Assembly (NCBI GenBank): GCA_964035545.1
Contig: OZ037769.1
Coordinates: 5,065,929 to 5,129,928 of the forward strand
Direction of reading: 5' to 3'
DNA from: Bugula neritina
Taxonomy: Eukaryota > Animalia > Bryozoa
DNA: 64,000 nt
Made by a program: the position numbers and the translations under genes. The notes under the pieces were generated by a model. It saw only the letters and a program-made list of their open reading frames with translations, was not told where the DNA came from and ran no database searches. The stretch's first letter is position 1. Each line of letters starts with the position of its first letter. Shown in pieces: positions 1-16,704 of this stretch.

Positions 1-1342
1 CATATGCATATTTTGTAAAGTTTTGGACTTGTTCAAAGGGACTAAAGGTTAATAAACTGTTCCAAACTACTCATTGCGTAACTCTGGTTATGTGATATTC
101 CAATTCTTAACTTTGCAATCCCACAACGCACTTCGATAAGTGCGTTAGGCTGTCAATATGCATGTATAATTAAATACATGAATGACCGATTTTACAAAAT
201 ACTATGAATTTTAGTAATAAAAAACTCATTTGCTCTCAAGAAAACAATAGTCAATCAATAATGTATTGTTAACAAACTACAGTACTAATTATTTATTAAA
301 CAACTGTTTTGCATTTAAACTGATAGTGATTATATAACCACTGACTTTAGCAGGGCTGGAAAATCATTAATCACCACATCAATATAAATACAGTTTGATT
401 TGCAACAAAAGCACTTGCATGTGTTCCTAAAATTGAATAAACTAATAATTGGATTTTATACGTGCATCAGCTTAAACGGAGCATGTAGAAAATAATAAAA
501 TCCGTTAACAAGATGTACATTCAATAATTACATTTGATGGCATAGAGAGACGATTCACATAGCTCAAAGTTTTTCATTATGTAGAGTTTTGGTTTCTATT
601 ACTACTTTAAAGTGGATCACTTCCACCCACAAATACTGGTTGCATAATTTAATCTCCAGAACTTTTAGTATATTTTTTTCTGCTTGATATGAATCACTTT
701 CTGTAAACAATTTACTGTAAAATACTAGGGAAAGTTGTGCTATAGCTAGATGCCATTTTGTTTGTGTTCAATAAAGGCAGATATGTTGTGCTTATATCAA
801 CAAATCTATTGAATTGTCACAACAGATATTTTTAAAGCAGTTCAATTGATTCAATCATCTATCATAATTGATAATATGAGCTGAGCTTTTCATTCTTCAG
901 TTGGCATATTATCTCCTATTTATATTGATTGATTTGTTGCTATACGCTGTGTTAATTAGTTCTCGGGATAGTCTTGGCTTACCTTGTGGCATTGCTTGAT
1001 AGGTGAGTGAAATTCTTTCATTAAAATATCATATTTTATTAATGAGGTATAAGCTTACAGATCAAGCTGACTAATAAACTGATCTATTTATATTTTCAAG
1101 TTATTTGCTTTGGGTTATGTAAGAGGATTATTAGCAGGTTTTTAATTAGAAAAAAATTCAGGCATACTAACACTGTCTACCTGATACACAGGTTTACAAA
1201 AGATCAGCAAACCGGGGCTCATAACAAAGTATATTCTGTACATCCGATTTAAAAAAACTCACGATTTAAAAAAACTCACGATTTAAAAAACTCTTGCTAG
1301 TTTATAGTCGCTATCCCCGTGAGAAACCCCTGATGGAAAAGG

Positions 1343-1504
1343 TTGTTGTTATTAAACTGGGCTAAGTACTTATTTAAATGAGGCACAAGAGTAATTATGA
1401 CTGGATGCCCTTCCTAACATCACCAATGGTCTTTGTCTGGGATCAAACCAATGACTTCGTGCTTACTAGGCAAATTATCTAACCCCTAGACCATGGCTGC
1501 TCCC
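1343..1504 (-). mobile_element. tRNA-headed SINE copy
   Basis: The minus strand shows GGGAGCAGCCATGGTCTAGGGG (A box), GGTTTGATCCC (B box), a body GGTGATGTTAGGAAGGGCATCCAG and an (AAC)n tail. Related copies occur elsewhere in the window. Confidence 0.7.
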
Positions 1505-1612
1505 TGTACATTTGATTTAAGCTTCTCTATAATTACGCCACACCTTCCAATTGGTGACAGCAATACTTGTTTAAACTCTTTTGTTCAAAAGCTGGGAAAT
1601 ATTTTATTTAAA

Positions 1613-1654
1613 TAAAACTGCTGATAATAAGAATTCTTATTATCAGCAGTTTTA
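1613..1654. repeat. Perfect 42-bp palindrome without spacer
   Basis: TAAAACTGCTGATAATAAGAATTCTTATTATCAGCAGTTTTA; checked base by base around the central GAATTC. Confidence 0.95.
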
Positions 1655-1726
1655 AACAGTTTAGACTAAGTTTCACATTTCAAATAAGAGCTTTGGATTG
1701 GAATCTTTTACAAGAATATAATTTAA

Positions 1727-2494
1727 AGGATTGCTCTATATTAGTTTATTACAATCACATTATAATTATGAACTATAATCTAATGTGTATGCAAACAATT
1801 GTGACTTTGCAAAGGGATATATGCTTAGAAAACAGCTTTTCAAAATTCCAATTTTGAGGGAGGTAAAATTTTCAGCCATGAAAAAGAATAGCCTAATACG
1901 TGGCGTGTGAACGCCAGTAACTATGCTGCACGTGCTAACTATAACGCTAGTATTCAAGGTTGCTGAGCGCAACATCAACCAATAACGCTCAAGCAGTTAC
2001 AGTGCGCTATATAGGTCAGCTTTGGTGCGCCCGTAATATTGCACAATCTGACCTAGTTTAGATCGATCGCTGGCATTCATCCTAAAGGATGCATGTTTTT
2101 GCAATGCTTTTTTCTATGTTTACAAGCAAAATATGGCCTAATGTTATCACATACATGTTATTTAACATGTCAAAAAACTATAGATTGAGATAATTCACAT
2201 TTGCACTTCTATAAATATACAAATTACAAGCTGAAAGATCACATCTCACAGTCATATTTCTATAGTTATTCATTTGTATAGTCACGTGACCAGCAGGAAT
2301 GCTGGCGCTGTTACGTCACATTTCCCAGCTCATTTCAAAATCGGCGTTTTGGCTGTTACCAATCTACACCCTCAACTTCAACTAACTTTTTCTACCTTTG
2401 GTCAAATGCTTTTTGTCAATGCATGCTTAGAAAAACACAATATTATGTGTGTTTGACCTAAATGGCCATTTATTAGACAAGATAGAGCAATCCT
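1727..2494. mobile_element. Non-autonomous Kolobok-like DNA transposon (768 bp)
   Basis: Perfect 13-bp TIRs AGGATTGCTCTAT (1727-1739) and ATAGAGCAATCCT (2482-2494), each flanked by TTAA (1723-1726, 2495-2498). A TTAA TSD with AG termini fits Kolobok. No transposase ORF. Confidence 0.7.
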
Positions 2495-3098
2495 TTAATG
2501 GCTACCAGCTAAGACATCAGAGTAAAAGGAATTTTTTCTGATATAACCTGGACAATGTAATATAATACAATATACTATAATATAATATTATATACTACAA
2601 TATAATATAACCTGGACAATGTAATATAACATAATATATGTGACGATGTGGTATAATATAGTTATAATCATACTATGTATAATATAACATGTAAAAGATA
2701 TTATATAGACCAAAAAAGTAAAACAATACACCTAATAATTATATTTTATTAAATAGATATTATATAGAATTAAAGTCTAAAACTGGTTTGGGATTACTAG
2801 CTGTGTAAGAACTCCTGATGGAAAGGATTTTGAATGAATGCATTTCCTAACTTTACCATTAGAACTAGAGCGTAAAGATCAGGATAATTGTGTGAAGTGC
2901 TGCATGTTTCATATCTTAAGGCAAGAAACACTTTTTCTACAAATTTTAAGTAAGTTTTGCTATTTAAATGTGGTGACATATCAGCAAAGTCAGTAATTGT
3001 AAAAATATAATAAAAGTTGAAATTAGACACGGCTTCATTGAATTAACAACATTTATTACTATATCTTTTCACCAACTTAAGTTATATCGAAACCTGCT

Positions 3099-5922
<2,824 letters not shown>

Positions 5923-8647
5923 AACTCCTATCTGTTTTATATGGAAACATAATTCAAGATATACCTATAAATGGTGCGTGCAACATTAGCGTAATTGAAG
6001 AGACAACTCCAAACCAATACACTGGTTCTCGGAGTAGGTTTATTTTCTGCATTTCTGACAGTTATTTCTGTATAAGAACATTTTCACAACAAAGTGTGAT
6101 TGAATAAAATTTTACCTGCTGATCTTGAAAATCTAGTAGTAAAACATTTGTATGATGTTTACTGCTTGGAAAGGCTTTCTAAATGGTATACATGCAGTAA
6201 CAATGAATTAGATTTTCATTATTTTATTTCAATATAAAAATATTTCATATGAACTGCAGAAAGACCATAGTGGGAAAAACATAAATAATTTGGTACATAA
6301 AAGCATAAAGTTTGAATAATATGTGTAATGCCAATGACAATATAATACACTATTATACAAGCATGGCAATACATTATAGAATTCTCTTTGTGTTTGAAAC
6401 TATAATAAATATGTGATGGTGAAATTTTGGTTTCTATTTAGATCAGTAAAATATATGACTTATAATAAGTACAAATGCGTGTGACATTCGTCCAATAGCA
6501 ATACACTGGACAGCTGCCTAACTAATTTTAGAATTTGCCTCAAGGCAGCAACTAAAACTACGATGGATGGTGTGATAAGAGTACAAAACTTATATCTCAA
6601 AATGCTTAAAAACCTACACCAGGTATATTAGGTTGAGTAGGTTTCATAAGTTATGGCTAAGCCAGAATTAAAAAGCTGCTTAACACAGTCTTAGAGCCGT
6701 ACTTGTCACAAAATCATTTGGAAACCTTTATTGTTTATTTGGTGGTAGAAAAATATATGAACTTAATATAATTGAGAAGCTATATAAAATGGTGAAATTT
6801 TGGATGGTATGGAGGGTAAGACAACTACTCCATGTGCTCCTTAATTTCCCCTCGGTATTCCGCATCAGTATCTCCCTAGAAAATCAACAGCAATACAAGC
6901 TATTAGGTAAAATGAAGAGTCGTACTAAAATTAATTTATCAAGTAGAGGCTTAGTAAGACAACTTCTTATAGAAGTGTTGGTCCAGATAAACACTTCGTA
7001 ATGTTGAATAAAAATCTTATTATTCCAGAAAAATCTACATTGCTTGACAACTTAACAGAAAAAAAAGGAGAATATTAGCTGTATGATTTCTACACAATTC
7101 AATGTAAAGGGATTCAGTTAATTAGAATATCATGTATACAGTTAGAACAAGGCGTTTGGCCAACATAAAGTATTATCTACATACTGTATACCACTGGATA
7201 TATAATATTATGTAACATAATATGACATATAACAAAGTAAAGTAGAGCTGTCTAATTACATTTATGTAGAATTAAAACCTACAGAAATACACTGACTACA
7301 AAATAATTCTATTCTTGGAGTTGTAAGCCCAAACAAATCAACTAATTGGAGCAGAATGTCTTCAATTAATTCAGAAACTCATGATTATGGCTTTGCTGCC
7401 TGATAAAGAAGATAATTAGCTAAACTATAGCCAATTAGAAGTCAAGTAGATGATGCAGAGACAGTGGAACTTCTGTTTGGTATTGTTAGTGTGACTTACA
7501 GACATCCTTCCAATGTTATTATTATATTTTTGGTTGAACATGCGATAGGGTATTCAATGAATATAACTAACAGTTATGTACCTTTCCATTGGAAAGCAAA
7601 ACCTATTTGTCAATTGTGACTTACTGCGATGTATTATTTTATCCATGATTCTCACGCAATTAACTAGTATCTCTGTCAATTAGATAAAACTTAAAACACA
7701 ATTAAAATATAAATAGTGACATTGGTTAGTTTTAATTTGAAATTAACATAAATTAATATTGAATTCATTTGCTTTCAGTTTTATATCATATTAGACTATT
7801 CTATATATTAGTGCGTCATCATTCAAATTAATGTAATTAGACAAAAGGGTTACCATAGCGATAGTAATAATAACTCCGGTTATGGTGTAGCTGATTTGAA
7901 ATTGACGTAAACAAGTTATACATACCAGGGACTAGTAGCTGATTGTGATAAGTTGGTCATATATTGACAATAAATTATAAATATTATGTTGGAGAACTAT
8001 TTCAACACTCATCAGAATTGCCTCAGTTTTTTTTACAGTGACGTTACAGCTGTGAATTATATTATTCTATTTTAATTGTTTTTGAGTTTGACATCTCAGC
8101 AAGTAGTAAATTTGACTCCTGATATCTGCAGCTGATAAGCATTGTTTGTTTTATCACTTAACAACATGCCTAGCCCGCTAAAAAAATTTAGCCTCCCAAA
8201 AGACTAATCTGTGCAGCAGCATAGTAAGCATGTAACAACCACTGCATTTCCATTGCTTTGCATTATGTGAATGGATGTTCATACAGATTAATTTGTGGTT
8301 GCTGTTTGCATTAACTTATGATTGTGGTTTTATTCAATGCAACTGTTTCCAAACAGCACAAGCCGAAGCTTGAAAACGTAGTAAAAGCAATTATTTCTAT
8401 AGTACTATGATATAAGGATGCACTCCATCAACACGCAGTCTAAGCTCACAAATCGAAAACATGTGTGCACTGAATATACTATAAAACTGAATCTCTTAGG
8501 GCACACAACTCTAAAATTGAATTTATTTTTAAGCAAAATATTTCTGCATATTTTGTTACCTTGCAAATTAGGCTTTAATTGTATAAACCAGCTAATGCTA
8601 CAGTTTAGCCAACTAACTGAAGACAAGAGTTGTACAACATTACTCAC

Positions 8648-11600
8648 CGTTGCTAAGGCTCTGCCAATGGTTCCCATGGTAACGCCACCAGAGAAGAATA
8701 TGCACGGCACCCATGATTTTATGTAGAAAAAGTCCGGCTTTGAATACCTGCAGTGAATTAATATTATTACATTATAAGAAATTACTTTCACGATGTTGCA
8801 CTGCTCATGTGCAGAAAATGCATGACGTGTAGTGTCCGGCGGGTAAAATAGTAAAGGTCAAAGGTTAGCTGTATACGTGATAATATCAGCAAAGACATTT
8901 TAGTAAGATAAGAGGACTGATGTACTTGTCCCATCACATTGATATACAGTGAGTATGGTAAACTGTATCATCATGATATACTGTATTGGCCTTGACATCA
9001 GCTATTGTAAATAACACGATATCTAAGTTAATTAACTGAGTAGTCACCCTGGCCTACAAAGTGACCCGTACAATCAACATATTCTGCGTAAGGCAGGTTT
9101 ATCAGATTAAAGTGTGCTCAAGTTACGCTTGACAAACATAAAGGTACAATCTTTGGTTAGCTTCCAATCTCCAATATGGCTGCCTGCATGTTTAGTACAT
9201 AGATAGAAAATAGTGATTTCTCTTTATAGACAGGAAATGAAGGCTTGAGTAGAAGACAATAAATGTATAGAAATGCCATCAAGTCTTACACTCTATAACA
9301 GGTTAATCACAATAAGGAACGACAAAAAAAATTCCAGTGTAGGTTTACGTAGTTTACTCACCAAAACACTCCCTGAGAGACGAGTATTTGAGTTACGAAT
9401 GTGGCCAGAGCGGCTATGATCACTCCCAGCAGCAGACCTACACTAGACCGGTCAAACAGCCACCACAGACCTATACTCAGCGCTGCCAACGTCAGCGACA
9501 GCTGTATATTATTATCGAAATTTATTTTCTGTTTCAACAAAATTAAGGTCAACACTAGACCCCACATTCAATATCTTAATTTATTATTGTACATATAGTA
9601 GTAGTTCAGTCAAACAAGTGAACTCAAGTCTAACGTATTAAACTGGAAGATATACAACTATTAATTCTCTTGCCATCAAAATGTGGCGATACAGAGAAGT
9701 ACACTGAAAGGATACGGCGCTGGCGTGATTTATACCAACAAATACTGCTACACATCTCATCACACTGGACCATTCGGTTTGGAACTTGTGTCTTCTGCCC
9801 AGCATACTGTCTACATGAGGGTAGAGTAGCCCGACCCCAACTAAAATTATACAAAACAATGAGTCTTAGGCTAAACCAGCAAACAACATACTTGATTGTA
9901 GCTCTACACAGGATTAACATTGCCAATGATGACCAGGCAAATCAGAAATACTTGGCAGGGTATCTTTGATGATAGATTCATGCCAAGTGCAAGTAGCTGA
10001 ATGAGTCCTGTAAGCTATTGGAATAGAATTTAAAGATACAAAAATTAAATTGCACAATATAAACGTGGCAGCATGAAGGTCATAATAGTATGGAGGTCAA
10101 CAGAAATGTAAATGTAAAGATCTACTGCCACCTAGCACTATTGCCACCTTATCAGAAAGTCTTCACAAAACATTGCGTAACAACAAATCGAACATAAAAA
10201 AGTCTCATAATCTAGAATGATTTAATGATTCCTTAATGATAAATTTGCTAAATAATTGTGTTTGTTTTGTTTTATGATTTAGATTTTTATAGCATGGAAA
10301 CATGTAGACAAGAATGAGCAAGTTTCATGTATTTTAACTATAGCTACAGACAAGTGCTAGATGCCAGGAACACTGAATTAAGCAATGATTTAGAGAGAAA
10401 ATAATGTAAGTACACAAGAAGAAAGTAGAGAGAGCATGGTGTAAGTACACCAGAAGTAAGTAGAGAGAGGTTGGAAGAGATTAAGCACATACAAAGCTTT
10501 AATGATTCCATAACTTTCAGTATCATGAAAACTTCACTTTTGTATCAACTTTGGTTGCCCCTTTCTAAGTCAATATCATCAAAAACACTATAACTTTTCA
10601 GCACGTTAACCCTTCCCTACTTGAAACACTAACACACTGCACTTTCACACTGGCTTACAGGTTTTATTACCACAACTTTGGCCGATAACCTAAGATAACC
10701 TCTGTGCCCTGCTTAAGAAGGTCAAAAGGAGGTGCATAGTAGAGCATGCACAGGCCGATGCACTGTTTGTTTATACTAAGGAAGAACATAAAAATCATAA
10801 CCAGGTTTCCATACATCAGCTATAAGTGTGCGCCAGAAGTGGACCAATTAGAACACTGGATGAGTGAGTTGGAGGTCTTTTCTAGATGTAAAACCGAAAG
10901 TTAGCATTTTCATGAATATTATATAAGAGGATACAGCTAGACATTTAGGAGCAGTAGTGGAGAAATTGAGATAGCCTAAGCTCTTTAATTTCATTATTAA
11001 ATTTGGATTTGGGGCGCTGTGAGAACATAACTTCTTATGCAACATTTCTAATCTAGAACATAGGCTTTTCTCAAATTCCTCCTACCTCCAGCTATGGAGA
11101 GGGTGCTGGGAGAGAGTGGAGGTGGCATAGCTTCTACATATACTACTCTTGTAATGGAATGCGACATTTCCAGTAGGTGCTGGGGATCAGGCTATATAAG
11201 GACAAAATGCCTGGATGTGTAGCACACGCTGTGTTAATGGCACACTAGGAATAATCTTCACTATAGAACGGCATTAATATACCATCATCTAATCACAGAG
11301 TTTATAATTATACGAACAAAATAACATATACAAATATAACATCCACTTAAATAACACAAGTAATGTCACCGAAACTAAAATAAAATACTTATTGTTAATA
11401 TATACGCTACTGATATTTACATCTCCTGTGATGATCGACATTAGGATGTAGTGGAGTAGATAGAAAAAGCAGACGAAGTAAGTAAAAGTAAAATAAGTAA
11501 AGGTGAAGTAGACAGAGGAGATGGCAACATTTAAAGAACATAACTGATATACAGCTATTTAATGATGAAGATAAAAATAGAAATAGTGTTTGTAAGTTCA

Positions 11601-12628
11601 TCATAACCATTTGTTTTACTCGTCAAAAATATACTATAGTATTCTTTAAGAAACAGTTTGTTGAATATAGTCATAGCATGTAAATGTGTGCAAAACAGAC
11701 AACGTTGAAAACAAAAACATGACTCAGTCATGCCTGGCTGCTACCCATAGTCTTAACAACTCAAATTTTAAGAACTTCATTCAATGCTTCAAAACATTGC
11801 ATATTCTGCAACCCAGCTACCACTTCCTTATGCTAAAAATAATGAGACTCGCTCGACTTACTTTGCATAAATATGCCATACGTGCATATAATCATGTGAT
11901 CAAGAAAAAACGCAAGTGTGCTTTGAACAAATTATGCCTTGCTAAATGAGATATTTTATAAGCATTACTGTCTTCCCACACTTTGGAATATATTTTACAC
12001 GATGTTGATAAGAACTTGCAAATCACAACTTTCTAGTAGATGCATGAAGTGGCAGAAGACTATCAACTTATTGCTACTTTTAGTATTTTTTCTTCAATTT
12101 CATGAAGCTTCAAGGATATTTTTTGATGTTGGTGCAGTAATTGAGAAAAGCCTGTGTTCTAGATTAAAAATGTAGGAAAAGAAGTTATGTTCTTGCAAAA
12201 ATTTCAACCCATACCTCAAACCAAAAATTTAACAATGAAACTAAATTTCTCCACTACTGCTAAAACAAAAGATTAAACTTCTATAAAGTAACATTACTGT
12301 TACTGCTGCAGAAAATTGTGCAAAAACTCAGCATAAAAATATGAAATTGGAATATTAACAAAATTAAAGTTTAAAAAAACATTTTACTGGAATTAGCGTT
12401 CATGTGCCAAAACCTACACAACTGAAGGATCTTGGAGAACTTACTGGCAGCTAATCCACATGCCGGAGGCACCCACCACGCAGAGTTTAGAATATCTCCA
12501 AATACACCAGGAGGAAATATGGTGACGTGCCTTTGCCTCTGAAGGAGATTTAATACCAGTGCGAAGGCCACGCCCACTGAGAAGAGGTAGACACACCTCC
12601 TGACTATGGTTGACGAAGACGCAGCCAT
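8648..12628 (-). CDS. INSIG: Insulin-induced gene protein (INSIG family, SREBP/SCAP regulator); last short exon not located
   Basis: Exons 12628-12445, 9840-9716, 9528-9362 and 8747-8648 join in frame. They give the INSIG motifs [49 protein letters not shown] and [30 protein letters not shown] 5'UTR acceptor lies at 12677. A candidate terminal exon at 7399-7385 (AAKP*) is unconfirmed. Confidence 0.95.
9529..9715 (-). other. U12-type (minor spliceosome) GT-AG intron in INSIG
   Basis: The minus-strand donor reads GTATCCTTT. A U12-like branch sequence (GACCTTAAT) lies about 14 nt before the 3' AG, with no strong polypyrimidine tract. The intron is phase 0, between HASA and KINF. Confidence 0.88.
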
Positions 12629-13639
12629 AATAAAAGTAAAAATTTGGCCCCTTAAATGGGGCTTATGCTGGCAAACCTAAAAAATGACAACAAAAAGGGT
12701 ACAAAAAAGTAAAAAAACCCAAGAATGTTAGCATGGCTGCCCACATGAGTAAGGCTAACATAATAAGTATCCAACAGTCCTTTTCTTAAAGACTTTCAGG
12801 TAAATCTCGTCACTTTTCTAATGCTTTTTCTGTGAGAACTAATATGAAAATAAACGTGTATTGAAAAATCCAATGTTTAATTTTAAAAATTTTCAAAATC
12901 TGTCTAATAAAATATAAAGGAAAATTGACTAATTTTGAATTAAAGCAGACTATCTTCTCTCACAAACTTAGATATCCCCGAGATGACTGGTCACTGGGAC
13001 TTAAATAAACTTTTTAGCTTGAGGTCAATTTGTTGGTTTGGATTTATTATTTCAAAACACAAAGTAATCACTATTGGTAAAACTAAAAGTAAACTTAACG
13101 AAATAACTATAAACACAGTTGATAAAAATAATCATGATAGTAAAATATTTCAAAATACTTTTAGTGACTTTAAATAAGTTTTATAATTAAAAATCATTTA
13201 AGAAATGCAATTAAAACCATTCAATAGGATTATCATAATTGCACTAATTGATCTAAAATTCAATAATATATAAAATATTATTACTATTACTGAGCTTGCT
13301 AAAAAACTGTTTCATCATTTAAAACGAAAATTGCAGCAGTTTTTTAACCAATAGGATTGAGAGCAAATACTCTAAAAGGTTCCCTTATGCAATTGCAGTA
13401 GCATTTTTAAATCTTTTAACTTTATGCTACATATAATTTATAGCCTACATATAATTTACTCCAACACTTTGACTATTTTGTGACTACTTGCTGTCAGGTA
13501 AACAAAGGACTATTTTCCACCAGATTTTTGACATTCCGCCCAAATACCAAATCCTGCTTAGAATAGAAGTTATTAGATAGGTAGATGTGGTAGGAGTATA
13601 TGGGTTCATCCTACCACTTTTCTATCATTGGGCATCAGC

Positions 13640-14850
13640 ATGATTATCATTATAATATAGTAATAGTAGGACTACTAGTGCAGCCAAATCTAGATGTTAG
13701 ACCCAAAGCTAATATTACTATAAGTAGTTATAGGTGACAAAGCATCAGTATCACTAGCAGCATCACTATAGTATATTATGACTATTATAATGGCAATCAC
13801 TACCATTGTGATTATGGGTATAGCTACGAGTCTAGAATGATCACAATCACTGGTTCAAGGTTACTATTACGATGACTATGCTCATGAGACTGAGTCACTA
13901 TTATGAGGAGTATTAGAATGAGCAGTACTTGTAACAGTACTATAGCCTATAAGTATAACTACAATTGTTATTGATAGATCAGCTATCGCATCACTAAGAC
14001 TGGCACTGATACAGAAAGGTTAACTATTATTAATAGAAATTGTAAGTGTAAGACTATCATCGTGATTATTTAACTCAGTATGAGTATTAGTATCCAATCA
14101 GTAGGACTACAAGTATAAGTATAACTATAAATATCATTATGATTATGGATATTGCTATCATATAATAATAATTACAATTACATGGCTATGACCGTATGAG
14201 TCTATTACATTGACCATCAGTATTAGTGCGCCTGACTATGGGCTTGAGTACCACTTAGGCATTTACTCTTAGTATGGGTATCAGTATGGGTATAACTATT
14301 ACCATAAGTATAAGTATTACATTTAGTTTTACTACCATCAGACTCAGTCAATGAGTTATCATTACCACTATGACATATTCATATTGATATTCATATTGCC
14401 TATTGATACTGATAATATTGTTATATTTACCATCACTATCATACTACATCACTATGACAGCACAAGTAATAATATCACTATCAGTAAGTATGAGTATGAC
14501 TATGAGTATGAGTAACACTAACAGCTACTAGTTGTAGTACCATTAACTTTAACTGTTTAAGTGATTGTGATTATCATTATCAATATTAATAATAACGTTA
14601 TCAAAAGTAAATTAAAATACTAGTCCATTAGTAATAGTAGTACTAATAGCAATACTAATACTAATAGTATAAGTATTAGTATTACTATTACTAGTACTAA
14701 TACATTTTGATTTACTAATACTAATAGTAATAGTATTACTATTAGTATTAGTATTACTATTACAGTATTAGTAATACTAATAGTAATACTAATAGTTCAG
14801 TAATTATAATAGTGGAGGACGTATTACATATTACTATTAGTTATTTTATG
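13640..14850. repeat. Degenerate TAA/TAG/TAC/ATC low-complexity tract
   Basis: About 1.2 kb of decayed triplet/hexamer repeats, purest at 14630-14810. Lies upstream of the INSIG coding region, in its inferred 5'UTR intron. Confidence 0.75.
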
Positions 14851-16704
14851 AATTATTAAATTTAGTATTATTATCTGCTGAAGAGCGCATCAAAAGACAA
14901 TGTTATCTCGTAGCATAGTCATACTAAAACAAAACTTAAAATGACATGAAATCCCCAACTGTTTTGCTATGTTAACTGCATGAGACGATCTGAGTCATTA
15001 TTCACAGCCAATAATGTTATCTCTCAGCAAAAACAGAAGCAGGCAACAAAATATCTTTCCACGTATATTACCTGCTGCGTAATTATGGACATGAATATAG
15101 ACGCTATTCCTAAAGAGAATAGTAGCGTATCCTGAAATAAGTGGTGGCAGAAAATCACATTATTCCATAATCAAATGCAAAGTTTATTGAGTTATCTCCC
15201 TTACGTAATAAAGAACATAACCCTATAGCAGAGTTCAACTGAATTAAAGCATTGTATTACAGTCAGTGCAGAGCCAAGTTTTAAATAAAAACACAGCTCG
15301 TAATAACTTACAACTTTTCAGATAACATGTACCGGCCATATCAATTATTTTAATAATAATATAATTTTATGCAACATGATGATAATATTATATGAACGGC
15401 TGGCATGTTGGTAACTCAATTATACATAGTCAGATGCATGATAAAATTATGAAAGGCTACAAGTTCCTAGACATCCCATATAGTTATGTAAAATAGTTTA
15501 CAACATGCTATTATTATATTTTGAAAAGTGGAATTAAAACTATATAAATCACAATATTTTAGAAGTCACTACTGTTCACCAGGATTTGAGAGATTATAGC
15601 CATGTAACAAAATGCTGGTTACTGTAGTTATTTTCACATACATATGTGCTTCTACACAAGCTTATTAATTGTGAGTGTGTGTGTTGCGTATTTAAAAACT
15701 GACTTCAACAAAGCAATATTTAGTTGGAAAACTTGTAAGGTGAATGGGAGAAGGCAATGATGTATAAAGCGCTGCTTTCTATATATTAGATGGCTTGATA
15801 AAATTCATTATTTAAACTGTGCGTTATTTAAACAAAAATAAGTGTTACATTAAATGAAATAAATGCTATTTATTATAATTTCCAGAGAAACGCAATGCTT
15901 CGAAATAATACCAAAAAAAGGAGGTAGGATAAAATAACATGCAGAATATTATGTACAGCAAATTACACCTTGTTAAGCTTCAAGAGATAGAAACAAAAAC
16001 AATTCAATAGGTATATATCATTTGTCCTGTAACAAAAATAGTCATATATAAGTTATAATACAATAATTAAAATATAAGTACAGTTATGCAAACAGTTGTG
16101 ATTAAAATAAAATTGAAGTTTTCTATTCTCTTCAACAGTTAATGTAAATTCTCATTGATTTTCGGAAGACAAAGTTTCAATTTTGCTAGAACCGGCAAAA
16201 ATATAATTAATTTACAGTTTTGTCATCAACATCAATGAAATTAGTACTACATAATGCAATGTGACACAAGTCATAAGTTAATGACACAATGTGACATTAG
16301 TCATAAGGTAGTGAGTCACTAGTGACGCAATGTGACACTAGTCATAAGGTAGTGACACATTGATGCTTTACCGTTTGTTCACAACCCAAAAATAGCTACA
16401 ATATTTCCAACTGTAGGTAAGAGAATGTGACAATCATTTAAATGACACAATAGCAGAAACTCCTAAGTATATAGATGTATAGATGGATAAAATAGTCACC
16501 AATGGGGTACGGAGATAGAACTTAAGCTAAACATTACACTAAAACATTATATTTACATAAAACTAATGAACAATATACAAAATAACAATTTGTTTTGGAA
16601 AAAAAACCATATAAATTATGTTAAACGTGAGTGAGATTCGGGTGATGATATTGGCCTTATAATTGATATGTGTGGCTGTAGGTTTAGAATGCAGCAATAG
16701 AACT

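Noticed and set aside
7385-7399. Candidate INSIG terminal exon AAKP*
   Set aside because: Good acceptor, but other candidates exist (e.g. near 8125); not included in the CDS call without transcript data.
11085-11150. [10 protein letters not shown], weakly like a LINE endonuclease motif
   Set aside because: Too short, with no flanking EN/RT similarity visible.
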